Positions 19,657 through 29,390 of a stretch of 62,340 nucleotides of DNA are shown here, piece by piece. Numbering within the stretch: position 1 is the stretch's first letter; each line of letters begins with the position of its first letter. This DNA is from a virus (lineage: Duplodnaviria; Caudoviricetes): positions 1 to 62,340 of IMG/VR virus record IMGVR_UViG_3300014166_000003; one strand, 5' to 3'. The notes beneath the pieces are model-generated. The model saw nothing but the letters and a program-made list of their open reading frames with translations, ran no database searches and had not been told where the DNA came from. Made by a program: the position numbers and the translations under genes.

Positions 19657-19872
19657 ATGGATACGATGGTTGTCGGACTGGTGGGGCTCGCAGTGCTTGG
19701 ACTTCTGTATTTGTTGCCGACGATGCTCGCTGTGTACAAGAACAAGCGGAGCACAGGCGGTATCCTGGTTCTGAATCTGCTGCTTGGTTGGACAGGGCTT
19801 GGCTGGGTGATCGCACTCATTTGGGCAATCGTGCCCGACGTCGATTACATCGTTGTGCAGCGACCACGTTAG
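19657..19872 (+). CDS. Superinfection immunity protein (T4 Imm-like)
   Basis: YLLPT..A......ILVLNLLLGWTGLGWVIALIWA signature; SD GAGGGG. Confidence 0.88.
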   Translation: MDTMVVGLVGLAVLGLLYLLPTMLAVYKNKRSTGGILVLNLLLGWTGLGWVIALIWAIVPDVDYIVVQRPR

Positions 19873-20612
19873 CTAGTGTGGGCTCTGTGAGCGTATCCGA
19901 TCGGTCTCCCGCTCCAGCTCACGCTGCTTGTCTGCCTGCCAACGTGAGACTTCCTCATCGATCACGAAGAACGCATAATAATCATCCGCTTCGAGATCTT
20001 GACCGAACATTGATTTGTGCATCTTGAATAGTCGGTGCCGACGCATGTACAGCATTGCGAGCTGCGTTGCGTCGGCACCAAAGGTGTGCACGAGATCATC
20101 ATAATCTTCCTGCTCTGCATCGTCACCGTCCAGGCTGCTGGATGTGGATACGGCTGGACCGTCTTCGGAAGCATACTGAATCTCGTCTGTGTAGGAAGCT
20201 AAGAGGTAATTCGGATCAGACGATCGATAAATGACCGCTCGAATTACCCCTCGGATTTTTTTCCGAGTTCGGCTTCCTCTTCTGTGATGTAGTCCAGCAG
20301 TTGACGTGCGGCAGCAGCGCGATGCTCTGCGCCAAGATCGTCTTCAAAATACGTACGGAAATCGCCCAAAGGCAAATCGTCGTATCCATCAACACTCTTG
20401 ATGCAGGCATTCCAGATGTATGCATTCGCTGCAGTGAAGTCCGGCTTGAGCTGACCTTTTTCGAATCGCGCAGACAGCTTGCGATATCTCTCACGCTCGC
20501 GCATCGTCGGTCGACGAAACACATGCTTCAATTCGACATCGTCCATGCCTGCTTGATGAACGACAAAGACGATTGCAATTTCCTGTGGGACGTGTGCTTT
20601 TGAAAAACCCAT
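19873..20612 (-). CDS. Tail assembly chaperone, -1 frameshift-extended (GT-like) form
   Basis: The -1 frame from the A7 slippery site (20256-20262) is open to the stop at 19873. Confidence 0.7.
20244..20612 (-). CDS. Tail assembly chaperone (G-like)
   Basis: Between tail tube and tape measure genes; ends GGA AAA AAA TCC GAG GGG TAA. Confidence 0.75.
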   Translation of the reverse strand: MGFSKAHVPQEIAIVFVVHQAGMDDVELKHVFRRPTMRERERYRKLSARFEKGQLKPDFTAANAYIWNACIKSVDGYDDLPLGDFRTYFEDDLGAEHRAAAARQLLDYITEEEAELGKKSEG

Positions 20613-20661
20613 GTAAGAACCTTCCTTGGTCTATAAGATCGAACGTGTTGAGTAATGCAGG

Positions 20662-20688
20662 TAAGGGACCAAACTAGTTGGTCCCTTA
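20662..20688 (-). terminator. Hairpin after the tail tube gene
   Basis: TAAGGGACCAA-actag-TTGGTCCCTTA. Confidence 0.5.
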
Positions 20689-20695
20689 TAGATGA

Positions 20696-21709
20696 TTACA
20701 GTAGGTAGGCTGCGACTTGGCTTGTGACGGTAACCGTGATTGGAGTCTTCGATGTGGTCGTCGTCGCAAACGGCTTATACGTGACTTCGTTGACATTGCG
20801 AATGCCGTCGAATGAATCCTTCACGTTCGTGATCAAGCAGCGGGGGATTGCAATCTTGATGCTGTAGGAGCCGGAGACGCACTGTACTTCCACGTTCTTC
20901 AACGTGTTCGCCTGCCAGTCGGTCCAGTAAGCATCGCCCTTGTTACCCTGAACTTTGACCACCATCGACATGGATCGACCGCCGAAACGAAGTGTCGTCA
21001 AGTTGATACCGGCTGCAACCTGTCCACGGTTATCGGCACGATCTAGATTGTTATTCCAGGTGAAATCCCACGAGCGGAGCGATGCAGACGCATCGACCAC
21101 ACCAGAACCAGAGTTCGCAGTACCGAAGGTCGCACCCGTACCGTGCAATGGCGTGACTGGCTCTTTCGAGCTAGGAATAGAGAATGCGGCAGCGTCGGCT
21201 GCACTACCATCGGTGAAGAACGAGCCGGACATTCCCACGCGGCCACGATTCTGCACGCTCAGCTTGAATTCGTTGACGCACGCACCTTTGTATTTCTTAT
21301 AGGTCGCGGTATCACCCTGGACGACCTGCACGAGAGATGTAGACGGAAGCTGATCGGAAGACGTGCCATCCAAAGCCGTAATCGTGTGGACATACGGTCC
21401 AGCTCCCGAAGCACTATATGTACCAAGTGCCAGTGCCATTAACGCACCGGCAAGTTCCGGCGACGCATGGAATGAGAACGGAATCGTGACGTCACGAGCA
21501 ACCTGGATGTTGTAATTGATATCGTTCGGAAACTCGTGCCCTTTGATCAGTGCGTCATCGCTCAGCATTTCGATTGCGACTTCCGCCAAGCCCGGTTCGA
21601 CAAGATCGAAGAGCCTTCCGATATTCGCATCGAGTACGGCAGTACCGTACGCAGATTCCTTGTTGTAGCTCAAAACGAGCTTAGTAGACTGTGGTCTAAG
21701 ATTTGCCAT
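20696..21709 (-). CDS. Major tail tube protein
   Basis: KESAYGT N-terminal motif, Y.HTIT, YKGACVNEFKLS; gene position. Confidence 0.8.
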   Translation of the reverse strand: MANLRPQSTKLVLSYNKESAYGTAVLDANIGRLFDLVEPGLAEVAIEMLSDDALIKGHEFPNDINYNIQVARDVTIPFSFHASPELAGALMALALGTYSASGAGPYVHTITALDGTSSDQLPSTSLVQVVQGDTATYKKYKGACVNEFKLSVQNRGRVGMSGSFFTDGSAADAAAFSIPSSKEPVTPLHGTGATFGTANSGSGVVDASASLRSWDFTWNNNLDRADNRGQVAAGINLTTLRFGGRSMSMVVKVQGNKGDAYWTDWQANTLKNVEVQCVSGSYSIKIAIPRCLITNVKDSFDGIRNVNEVTYKPFATTTTSKTPITVTVTSQVAAYLL

Positions 21710-21718
21710 GTGACTCTG

Positions 21719-21892
21719 TTATTCCCCTTGCGCGTCTGCGCTCTCTGCTTGCTCGAAATAGCCTGTATCCAGCAGCGTGCTGGCAAGTCCTTCCGATACT
21801 TCGATATCGGTGTCCGGCATGATGTGCATTGACGGAAAGTCCGCCACGGACATGAAGTTGAACGGGCAATCAGCCTTAACGTGAAGCAGCAT
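21719..21892 (-). CDS. Small hypothetical virion-region protein
   Basis: IEVSEGLASTLLDTGYFE motif; start uncertain. Confidence 0.5.
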   Translation of the reverse strand: MLLHVKADCPFNFMSVADFPSMHIMPDTDIEVSEGLASTLLDTGYFEQAESADAQGE

Positions 21893-21951
21893 AAAAATCG
21901 AAAGATCTCCCAAGTTATTTGACCGTTAGGGAGTGCTGCTATTTGATAGGT

Positions 21952-22533
21952 CTAGCGGATGGTGACGGTTATGTGAGGATGCTGCGCTGTGATATCTCGA
22001 CCGATCTGCTGGGCAACTTCCGTAGCCACGCGCACACCGAGCCGATTCAAATTGACGACTCCGTTGTAATTCGTCAGCTCATTTCTCAGTGCTCGCGTCA
22101 TAAAGCGAACGGGCTCTTTTCTGCGCGTGATTGTATACGTGGCAGAACGAAAGATCGGACGATAACCCTGGACGGTAGTGCCATCAGAAAAGACAACGCG
22201 TCGCTTGCGCCGAATAAGTCCCATCTGCGTCCATTGTGTGAAAGCACGACGTAGCATGAGCAGCATCGCCTTCGCACCGTGTTGCGGTCGCAGCGGTCCA
22301 GTGACACCGTACTCTTCCCATATGATTGCGGGCGGATGGTTCGAATACACGTCACCATGTGTGAGGTATTGACTCGGTTGCTGAACCATCTGCTTGAGCG
22401 AATCTCGCGTTCGGCCGGTCTGCACTTTGAGATTGTTTCGTCCGCCACCGGATGCATATCGACGCGCAGATGCCCACACGTCGTCGGTTACTTCGTGTGT
22501 CCAGTGCAGATAAATGTCAGGTAGTGGAGGCAT
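21952..22533 (-). CDS. Neck/tail-completion protein
   Basis: Basic protein; LKVQTGRTRDS...EEYG...RFMTRAL; gene position. Confidence 0.6.
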   Translation of the reverse strand: MPPLPDIYLHWTHEVTDDVWASARRYASGGGRNNLKVQTGRTRDSLKQMVQQPSQYLTHGDVYSNHPPAIIWEEYGVTGPLRPQHGAKAMLLMLRRAFTQWTQMGLIRRKRRVVFSDGTTVQGYRPIFRSATYTITRRKEPVRFMTRALRNELTNYNGVVNLNRLGVRVATEVAQQIGRDITAQHPHITVTIR

Positions 22534-22535
22534 CG

Positions 22536-23012
22536 TTATGCAGGCTGCAGGAAGTGTGTTGAAAGCGTGATCGTCATTCGAGCTTGTGTACCGACCTGAT
22601 CACCATATGCCCACTCGATACCGTTCACCGACTCGACAGAGAATCCATCGTTCGTACCGAATGCGTTGTAATAGGAATTGATCGCTGTGGTACTGAGCAA
22701 AGCCGTGAGCGTCTCTTCGATCAAGTCGACACCGACAAGCGGATCGGCCGATCGGATGAACATTGCCAGGGTAATGCGCAGTGGCGTGAACGATCGCTGC
22801 GAACCCATGAGCGATTCGATGATCAGATCGGTTGGATCGAATTCCAGATACGCGACCTTGTTGCCATTTTCCTGCACTTCCGGTGCGAGCAGTGCGTATT
22901 TGACGGACTCGAATTTCGAGCTGATCGCAGTCGCAAGAGTCGTGAGCACAGTACGCAATCGTGACGACGGTGGAGTCAGCGAGCTGATCGTAGGTTGGAT
23001 TAAACCGGCCAT
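22536..23012 (-). CDS. Putative tail terminator / head-tail protein
   Basis: Position and size only. Confidence 0.5.
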   Translation of the reverse strand: MAGLIQPTISSLTPPSSRLRTVLTTLATAISSKFESVKYALLAPEVQENGNKVAYLEFDPTDLIIESLMGSQRSFTPLRITLAMFIRSADPLVGVDLIEETLTALLSTTAINSYYNAFGTNDGFSVESVNGIEWAYGDQVGTQARMTITLSTHFLQPA

Positions 23013-23401
23013 TATTGGTTGTTGTGGATATCCCGCTTGATCGCTGTGGTCAGCAGATCGGTGTCTTCTTCATAGATGGTCTTATCGGATTGCGTAAGCA
23101 CAGCGAATCCTTTTTGCCCGACTTTTCTCAATCGCTTGGCGAGTGCCTCATATTTCCCGCTGAGCGCGGTACGATCCGCGTTCTCTTCACCAGCTCGTAC
23201 CTGGGTGAACTTCATGAAGCGGGCACTCAGCGACTCACAAATGAAGATCGCAGCACGGCGCACATCGATTTTCATGGTGATCGCAGCCGATATCTCTTCA
23301 TCATAGATCAGCTTGTTGTTTGTGTCCGTATCGCCAATGATGAAGCGGATCTTGTCTTTGTCAGTCGGAAGTGTGTTGTCGTACGACCACGTTTGTGCCA
23401 T
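23012..23401 (-). CDS. Head-tail adaptor
   Basis: WSYD....TDKDKIRFIIGDTD...DEEI motif. Confidence 0.7.
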   Translation of the reverse strand: MAQTWSYDNTLPTDKDKIRFIIGDTDTNNKLIYDEEISAAITMKIDVRRAAIFICESLSARFMKFTQVRAGEENADRTALSGKYEALAKRLRKVGQKGFAVLTQSDKTIYEEDTDLLTTAIKRDIHNNQ

Positions 23402-23473
23402 CGCTTAATTAGACAGAAATTGACGGTAAAAATTGGTTTGCGCGTGTTCATGCGTATGTTATAGATTGCACTC

Positions 23474-24169
23474 ATGAAAACTCTCGTGATGTTGTTCATC
23501 ATCTTGTTAGGTTGCGTGCACGGCTACGGGACACCGACCGCTGTTGTCATTCATGTGCAGAACGGGATTCTCATTGGTGCGGACAGCGTGGATGTTGGTG
23601 GGACGTCTTATGACGTGCGTTTTGCTGCGCAAACATGCGTGGAGCTGTATGGCGGTTGCGAGCTGACTGAGAACCTGCCCTTCATACTCGAAGCGGATGC
23701 TCGTCTCGCATCACAGGCGCTATTGACTCAAGTGATCAATGGTCCGTTTGAGACCGCTCTATATCTGATCAAAGGATGCGAGACAGGACGCTTTAACGAA
23801 TCCTCATTCTGCGAGATCTATACACCGTTCGCACTCTTCACGTTTCGCAATTGGCGTGGAGAAGTTTATCCGGACAGCACGTATGTGCAGGTCGCCGACG
23901 CAAGTCTGTCGGCAGCTACATCCGCTCACTATGAAGTCGTGACCGTTGTGGATAGTCCGAACGATTTTCCGATGGGACCACCGAACACGAATGGTGTGAC
24001 CTGGGCGGCTTGGGTACGATCAGCACAGCAAGGTTCCCAAGATCCGTCAAGCCCACCACAGAATGCTATTACAGCTCCGGAACCATCGAACCTTGCTGTG
24101 CTGCTTATTGCTGCCGCAGGATTATTCTGCCACGCCTACCGTACCCAGCAGAGACAGGTTGGAAACTAG
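23474..24169 (+). CDS. PEP-CTERM sorting-domain surface protein
   Basis: N-terminal signal peptide; C-terminal APEPS, hydrophobic helix and basic tail (YRTQQR); Cys-containing core. Confidence 0.8.
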   Translation: MKTLVMLFIILLGCVHGYGTPTAVVIHVQNGILIGADSVDVGGTSYDVRFAAQTCVELYGGCELTENLPFILEADARLASQALLTQVINGPFETALYLIKGCETGRFNESSFCEIYTPFALFTFRNWRGEVYPDSTYVQVADASLSAATSAHYEVVTVVDSPNDFPMGPPNTNGVTWAAWVRSAQQGSQDPSSPPQNAITAPEPSNLAVLLIAAAGLFCHAYRTQQRQVGN

Positions 24170-27107
24170 CAGCATTGCTCGTGATGCTGCTCGCTGTCAC
24201 AGTGACATTGCGACTCACGATTGATGCCGTTGCTCCGATCACGAATTGACCTGTGATCGTTGTGCTGTTTACAACGACCACATTCTGCACCGTGATGCCC
24301 GTACCGCTGATTGCAACCGAGCCCCCCGTTAAGTTCGTTCCCGTAATCGTGAACGCAATTGTTGACGTCTGGTAGCCGGATGATGGCGTGATACTCGTGA
24401 TCGTTGGATCGCTGGATACGTTGATCGTGAAATTCACTGTAGTGCTATCACCTTCGGCTGTCTCGACTCGCACCGTACGCACGCCTGTTGCAGCACCGGC
24501 TGATACCACAAGGTCTGCTGTGATCGTCGTGTCACTCACGACAACTAAGTTCGATACAGTGATGCCAGAACCGGACACAAGAATCGTCGGTGTGTCGAAC
24601 GTGAAGTTCGCACCTGACAGTGTCACGGACGTCGTGTGATTCTGCGTGCCCACGTTCGGCGTGATGCTCGTCAAGCTGGGAATAATCGGTGAGACAGACA
24701 TTGCCCCGATGTTTGGCAGCGTGCCAAAGAACACACGATTTCCGCTCGAATCTTTATACAGATAGACCGGATCACTCGGTAACCATGTGAGTGCTCGATC
24801 CAGGCCGATTTGATTTGTGCTGTAGTTGATCGTGGTGATCTGTGCGATGTTGGTCACATTGCCTACTGCAATCCAGTCAGCTTGTACTGGACTATCATCC
24901 GGTCCCCAACCCGCCTGGAAGAATGCAGCATCACCGACTGTCAATGTCGTACTCGATGCACCAGAACCGACCGTGTTGGTCAAATGTGAGCCGGTTGAAT
25001 TCGCAGGTGACGTATCCCGCAGATGAAAGTCTGTCGAGCTGACAAACTGCGGATCAGTGCACTGTCTGCCCTGCAGGGCATTGCCTACGAATGTCTCGGA
25101 TGTGAATGGTGTCGTCCAGGCTGCGCCGGTCAAACCAACGGTGCACGAGCTGCCTGGATTCACGCTCAAGAATCCCAAGTTGCTGCGGGCAACATTGTCG
25201 TCGTCCTGCAAGTGATCGATTCTGAATGTCGCAAGCGAATATCCGGAAGCCGACAAGTTTGTTTGCGTCGCAGAGCCGGTAGCCGTGCCCGATACTGAAG
25301 TGCCCGTAATCGCTCCGGAACCGTTGACTGTCGTCACCGTGATGATCAGATCATTATCGGGGCTTCTTCCACCAAGAGCACTGCCAAGAATCTTCCATTG
25401 ACCATTCGCAACATATCCAGAACCGGCCGTATGGATCGACACCATGTAGGTTCCTGCCGACTCCGTGACATCATATGTTCCGCTCGTACCATTCATCGCG
25501 ATTGATACAATCGTGTTTGCTGTACAGCTCAGACCATCCGCACGTCGAGTTATGCCCGTTACAGCACCACCCGATGTCGTGAGATCGAATTTGATGCTGC
25601 CACTACGGCAAGGTGCACCGCTAGCCGATACGTTATTAGTGTTCGCGTAGCCAGCACCACCCGCTGTGAGTGTTCCGTCAAGCAGTCTGCCTGTACCGAA
25701 CGAATACAGCTTGAGTGCAAATGTGTTCGTTACTGCGTCATAGTGCAAATTGTTGATGTAGGATGCATGCTGAATTGCGTCCAATACGGAAGCTGATTGT
25801 GCATTCTCGACACCACAGATATAGAAGTCCGCGTCGCTATTGCCAGCATTGATGCGCAGCCGATCATTTGCATTATAGCCAGAACCCTGATCATGCAATG
25901 TGACCACGGTGACCGCGCCACTGGCAACAATATCGACAGTCACACCCGAACCACTGCCGGTAAGATTTGTCGTCGTCACGGGAGTAGAAGACGTGGTGTA
26001 TAACGTGCCTGCAGTGCGTGGCGCAGATTGTGTGATCGCAGTGCTGCAACCTGACGTACTACCGACCGAAGATGCTGCACCTGTAGCAACAAATGCCGAC
26101 GAGATAGCCGTGTTGTTATAGACCTTTGTATATACTCCGGACTCGCCGCTGGACGTGCAACAGTTTTGAACCCAAAACCCTTCACCACCCTGCACGATAT
26201 TGTAGCGACCGATCATGTAATTGACACCGCCGCATGATGCCGTCGCATTGGATAGGATGAAGTGCTGTTGAGCCATGCCAACAGTCTCTTTCCTGGTATT
26301 CCCTTCGATCAGAATGTAGCTCGATCCAGGGGTAATCGATGACTGGCAGTCGATCTGTGCACCGTCAATGTGATTATTCGGCGAATCATAGTTAGGGGAA
26401 TCGTGGAAGTAGTTGTTGCGCCATACGGTATAACTGCCCTTGAAATTCGTATAGTCGCCGACTCCGGACACATCGTTGTTCTGAATCAAGCTGTGGTCGC
26501 ACCACAACTGAAAGCCGCTCTTGCGTCCACCACTGCCATTTACCCAAGGGGAACCAGCATTCAGAATCGTGTTGCCGTCAAAAATGCTATCGCTGCACGT
26601 GGCCGTAGTGAAGCGGATGGCTGCATTCGCTGACAAGAAATCGTGAATGAGATTGCCTTCAACACGAATATGATTCGTACCGCTACCGGCTGATAAGATC
26701 CGATCTGCTGCTGTGTCCGTGAAACCAGAGCCAGTGATCTCGAACCATTTGATTCGGATGTGGTGTCGACCGGTAACAATGAAGTTGCGCACCTTGGCAT
26801 TCGTTCCACCGTTGACCGGAGCAGCAGCACCCTGGTATGTAATGTATCCAAGAACCGCGTCGCCATCCACTGCGGGTGTGAAGCTGGAACCGAAGGTTGA
26901 TCCAACAGCCATGATAACGGTGTCACCCGCCGCAACAGCCGGTGAGCCTGTACCGTTGGCTCGACTGAGATTCTGCCAAGGATGGGTTGCGTCACCGTTG
27001 TTGGCGTCGAGCCCTGTGTTGCTATCGACGTAGTATGTCGTCGCCCCGAAGGTCAACGAGGACATTCCGAGCAGGATGAAGAGGCAAAGAAAGAGTTTCT
27101 TAAACAT
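24105..27107 (-). CDS. Large secreted-type protein: right-handed beta-helix (pectin-lyase-like) plus fibre repeats and two IPT/Ig-like domains
   Basis: Signal peptide then ATTYYVDS..G.D.N.G...PW; AGDTV; Asn-ladder repeats; G.GY repeats; P.(L/I)TSITP..G domains. Confidence 0.75.
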   Translation of the reverse strand: MFKKLFLCLFILLGMSSLTFGATTYYVDSNTGLDANNGDATHPWQNLSRANGTGSPAVAAGDTVIMAVGSTFGSSFTPAVDGDAVLGYITYQGAAAPVNGGTNAKVRNFIVTGRHHIRIKWFEITGSGFTDTAADRILSAGSGTNHIRVEGNLIHDFLSANAAIRFTTATCSDSIFDGNTILNAGSPWVNGSGGRKSGFQLWCDHSLIQNNDVSGVGDYTNFKGSYTVWRNNYFHDSPNYDSPNNHIDGAQIDCQSSITPGSSYILIEGNTRKETVGMAQQHFILSNATASCGGVNYMIGRYNIVQGGEGFWVQNCCTSSGESGVYTKVYNNTAISSAFVATGAASSVGSTSGCSTAITQSAPRTAGTLYTTSSTPVTTTNLTGSGSGVTVDIVASGAVTVVTLHDQGSGYNANDRLRINAGNSDADFYICGVENAQSASVLDAIQHASYINNLHYDAVTNTFALKLYSFGTGRLLDGTLTAGGAGYANTNNVSASGAPCRSGSIKFDLTTSGGAVTGITRRADGLSCTANTIVSIAMNGTSGTYDVTESAGTYMVSIHTAGSGYVANGQWKILGSALGGRSPDNDLIITVTTVNGSGAITGTSVSGTATGSATQTNLSASGYSLATFRIDHLQDDDNVARSNLGFLSVNPGSSCTVGLTGAAWTTPFTSETFVGNALQGRQCTDPQFVSSTDFHLRDTSPANSTGSHLTNTVGSGASSTTLTVGDAAFFQAGWGPDDSPVQADWIAVGNVTNIAQITTINYSTNQIGLDRALTWLPSDPVYLYKDSSGNRVFFGTLPNIGAMSVSPIIPSLTSITPNVGTQNHTTSVTLSGANFTFDTPTILVSGSGITVSNLVVVSDTTITADLVVSAGAATGVRTVRVETAEGDSTTVNFTINVSSDPTITSITPSSGYQTSTIAFTITGTNLTGGSVAISGTGITVQNVVVVNSTTITGQFVIGATASIVSRNVTVTASSITSNAASFQPVSAGYGRRGRIILRQQ

Positions 27108-27109
27108 TG

Positions 27110-28648
27110 TTAGTGCCCACCTAAGATGCCGCGAGCACCGACCGAGACATTCGGCTGTGCGAATGCACCAAGTTCATCCCACGAGATCACTATTCCAGAA
27201 CCAGTGCTGTCGCGGAATAGCGGATCGACATAAAGCGTCGTGCTCGCTACACCGACAAGCAATCTGCCACGCAGCACAGACTTAAATGCGGGTGTGATGG
27301 ATGCTTCGAGTTTCTGCTTGTTTGCATTCGTGAATCCGCCAGTGCCAGTCCAGCTATCCGTGTCCGCTGTCCAGGCAACACCCGTACCGTCAAATGGTGC
27401 AGCATTACGACCACTTGCAAGCGTGCCCTGTGGGAAGCTTGCATTTGATCCGTATTCGATCTCGTACCAGACATCACGATTCGTCAACGCTGTGGCATTG
27501 TCGCGAATGATACGCAGGCCAGCAGTCAGTGCCGACGTTGTCGCGCTCCACCGCATTTGCCACGGCAGAGTAAAGGGCTCGCTCTCATTGGCGGCTGCGG
27601 TCGTAGTAACACTCCAAGACAGGTGCGTTCCATCGATCGCCGCACCAAGATCGGAATAGATCGATGTGTTCGTGGTCAGAGAACCGAGTCGGTTGTAGTA
27701 TTCGAATGCCTTGAAGTTGTTCGTCGTTGAAACATTCACCAGAGTCAAGTCACCGGCATTACCGGGCCATGTGCCAGTCTTAAGCCCCGGTGTAGAGCTG
27801 AGTTTCACATTGCGCAGGATGACGTGCCCATTGAGATTGGCAACGTTGAAATAGTTTCCACCACTCGTATTGAAAGTGCTCAAGTCCGCGTCGATAACAG
27901 TCAGGCGGCTGGACAGCGGGTTACCGGCCGATGAAGTCAAGAACAGCGTGGCTGGCTTGCTCGCACCGGCATAGGCGATTGTCGGATTCGAAATCACGAC
28001 TTCTGCACCACGAACCTGAATCGCGAATGCTGCTGTATTATTGGCGATGTTGAAGGTGCAATCTTTCAGGCGGATATAAGGAAACGGATTGCTCGTGCTG
28101 GCACCGGAACCAAGATTAATGCTTACAGAGCCCGTGCCCGGTGTGTCGAATGTGCAGTGATCGCATTCAATACCGACACGAGACTGGCTCGCCACGAGGT
28201 TGGTTGCAATGTTGACCGTGTTTGAAGTGCTTGAACCGGAGTTCGCCCCGATGGTCATGCCGTATAGATAAAGCTTCTGTGCTCCCGTTCCGGCAACGGT
28301 CATTGTGAAAGTGTTCCCCGGATGAATCTGCGCACCGGCTGCACGAGCACTGCCCGCACACGCGCCCACACCGCTTTTCGTCACCGACAAGATCGTCAGA
28401 TCGATGTTCGATGGCGCATCCCATGACGTATTCGCGGCAGGTGTCTCAGCGTAGGCACTGTCGACATATAGAATGTCGTTCGCACCTGCGATAGCCATCG
28501 CAGCGACAACCGTCGTCTTTGCTTTCGCCCATGTTGAGCCATCGCTGTTGTCTCCGGTCGTTGCGACACAGATAGCTGCAGCATTCGCATGGGCGATGCT
28601 GCAGAACAGAACAAGGCTAGCCAGTAGCAATCGTGTAAAAAATCTCAT
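27110..28648 (-). CDS. Secreted-type beta-helix-like virion-region protein
   Basis: Signal peptide MRFFTRLLLASLVLFCSIAHANA; GDNSDGSTWAKAKTT; beta-rich. Confidence 0.65.
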   Translation of the reverse strand: MRFFTRLLLASLVLFCSIAHANAAAICVATTGDNSDGSTWAKAKTTVVAAMAIAGANDILYVDSAYAETPAANTSWDAPSNIDLTILSVTKSGVGACAGSARAAGAQIHPGNTFTMTVAGTGAQKLYLYGMTIGANSGSSTSNTVNIATNLVASQSRVGIECDHCTFDTPGTGSVSINLGSGASTSNPFPYIRLKDCTFNIANNTAAFAIQVRGAEVVISNPTIAYAGASKPATLFLTSSAGNPLSSRLTVIDADLSTFNTSGGNYFNVANLNGHVILRNVKLSSTPGLKTGTWPGNAGDLTLVNVSTTNNFKAFEYYNRLGSLTTNTSIYSDLGAAIDGTHLSWSVTTTAAANESEPFTLPWQMRWSATTSALTAGLRIIRDNATALTNRDVWYEIEYGSNASFPQGTLASGRNAAPFDGTGVAWTADTDSWTGTGGFTNANKQKLEASITPAFKSVLRGRLLVGVASTTLYVDPLFRDSTGSGIVISWDELGAFAQPNVSVGARGILGGH

Positions 28649-28674
28649 ATTTAGTTGGACCGTTGAGGCAGAAA

Positions 28675-29364
28675 CTATTTAATTTGCAGGTCGACGAAGA
28701 TGCCCGCAGGCGCATTCGAATTGTCCGTAGGAGTGCAGACGATCGGCGATGTACCGCCCCCGCCCGTGACGGCAAAACCCATGCCCGTGGGATAATCGCC
28801 AGTAATCGGAATGGTTAGCGTGCGGATAAAGCCGCCGTCAGCAGTTGACGCTGAGCTGGACGCGGGAATCGTATAGCTTGTGATATAGCCAGTCGCACTT
28901 GTCGGATCAGGCGTCGTGCCCAAGTTGTACATGCGCAAACAGGCAGGCGTCGTAGTCGGATTGCGAACATCGAAACTATAGACGGCCGTCGCTCCGTTCT
29001 TGCAGAGCGTGGCATTCGTGCTCGCTGTCGTCGGTGCTTTATAGCAGCCGGTCGTACCACCGGTAACCGTTGCTTCCGGCAGAACAGGAATAGGCGTCGT
29101 GTCCTGCGCTGCGTCACGAATCGCCGTCAAGATATCTGTTAGTGCCTGGGTTAAGTCAGCCGGTACGGGCACACCGTTGGTAACACCCTGAATAGCAGGT
29201 GCATTCGTTCCGCTGACACCGGCTGCTGTAACTGATCCAGACTTGCCGGTCGTCGGATCATAGGTAATGGAACGCGTCTGCCCGAATGCGACATTGTCGA
29301 CCGCGCCCGCCATGAGTATGACGAGCGCGATTAGAGCAAGACGAATCTTGTTTGAAATCTGCAT
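28675..29364 (-). CDS. Secreted-type virion-region protein (beta-sandwich C-domain)
   Basis: Signal peptide MQISNKIRLALIALVILMAGA...AFG; STNATL.K.G...LRMYN....P...YTIP. Confidence 0.65.
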   Translation of the reverse strand: MQISNKIRLALIALVILMAGAVDNVAFGQTRSITYDPTTGKSGSVTAAGVSGTNAPAIQGVTNGVPVPADLTQALTDILTAIRDAAQDTTPIPVLPEATVTGGTTGCYKAPTTASTNATLCKNGATAVYSFDVRNPTTTPACLRMYNLGTTPDPTSATGYITSYTIPASSSASTADGGFIRTLTIPITGDYPTGMGFAVTGGGGTSPIVCTPTDNSNAPAGIFVDLQIK

Positions 29365-29390
29365 TTATTGCTCCGCTGTCGATTCGATAA

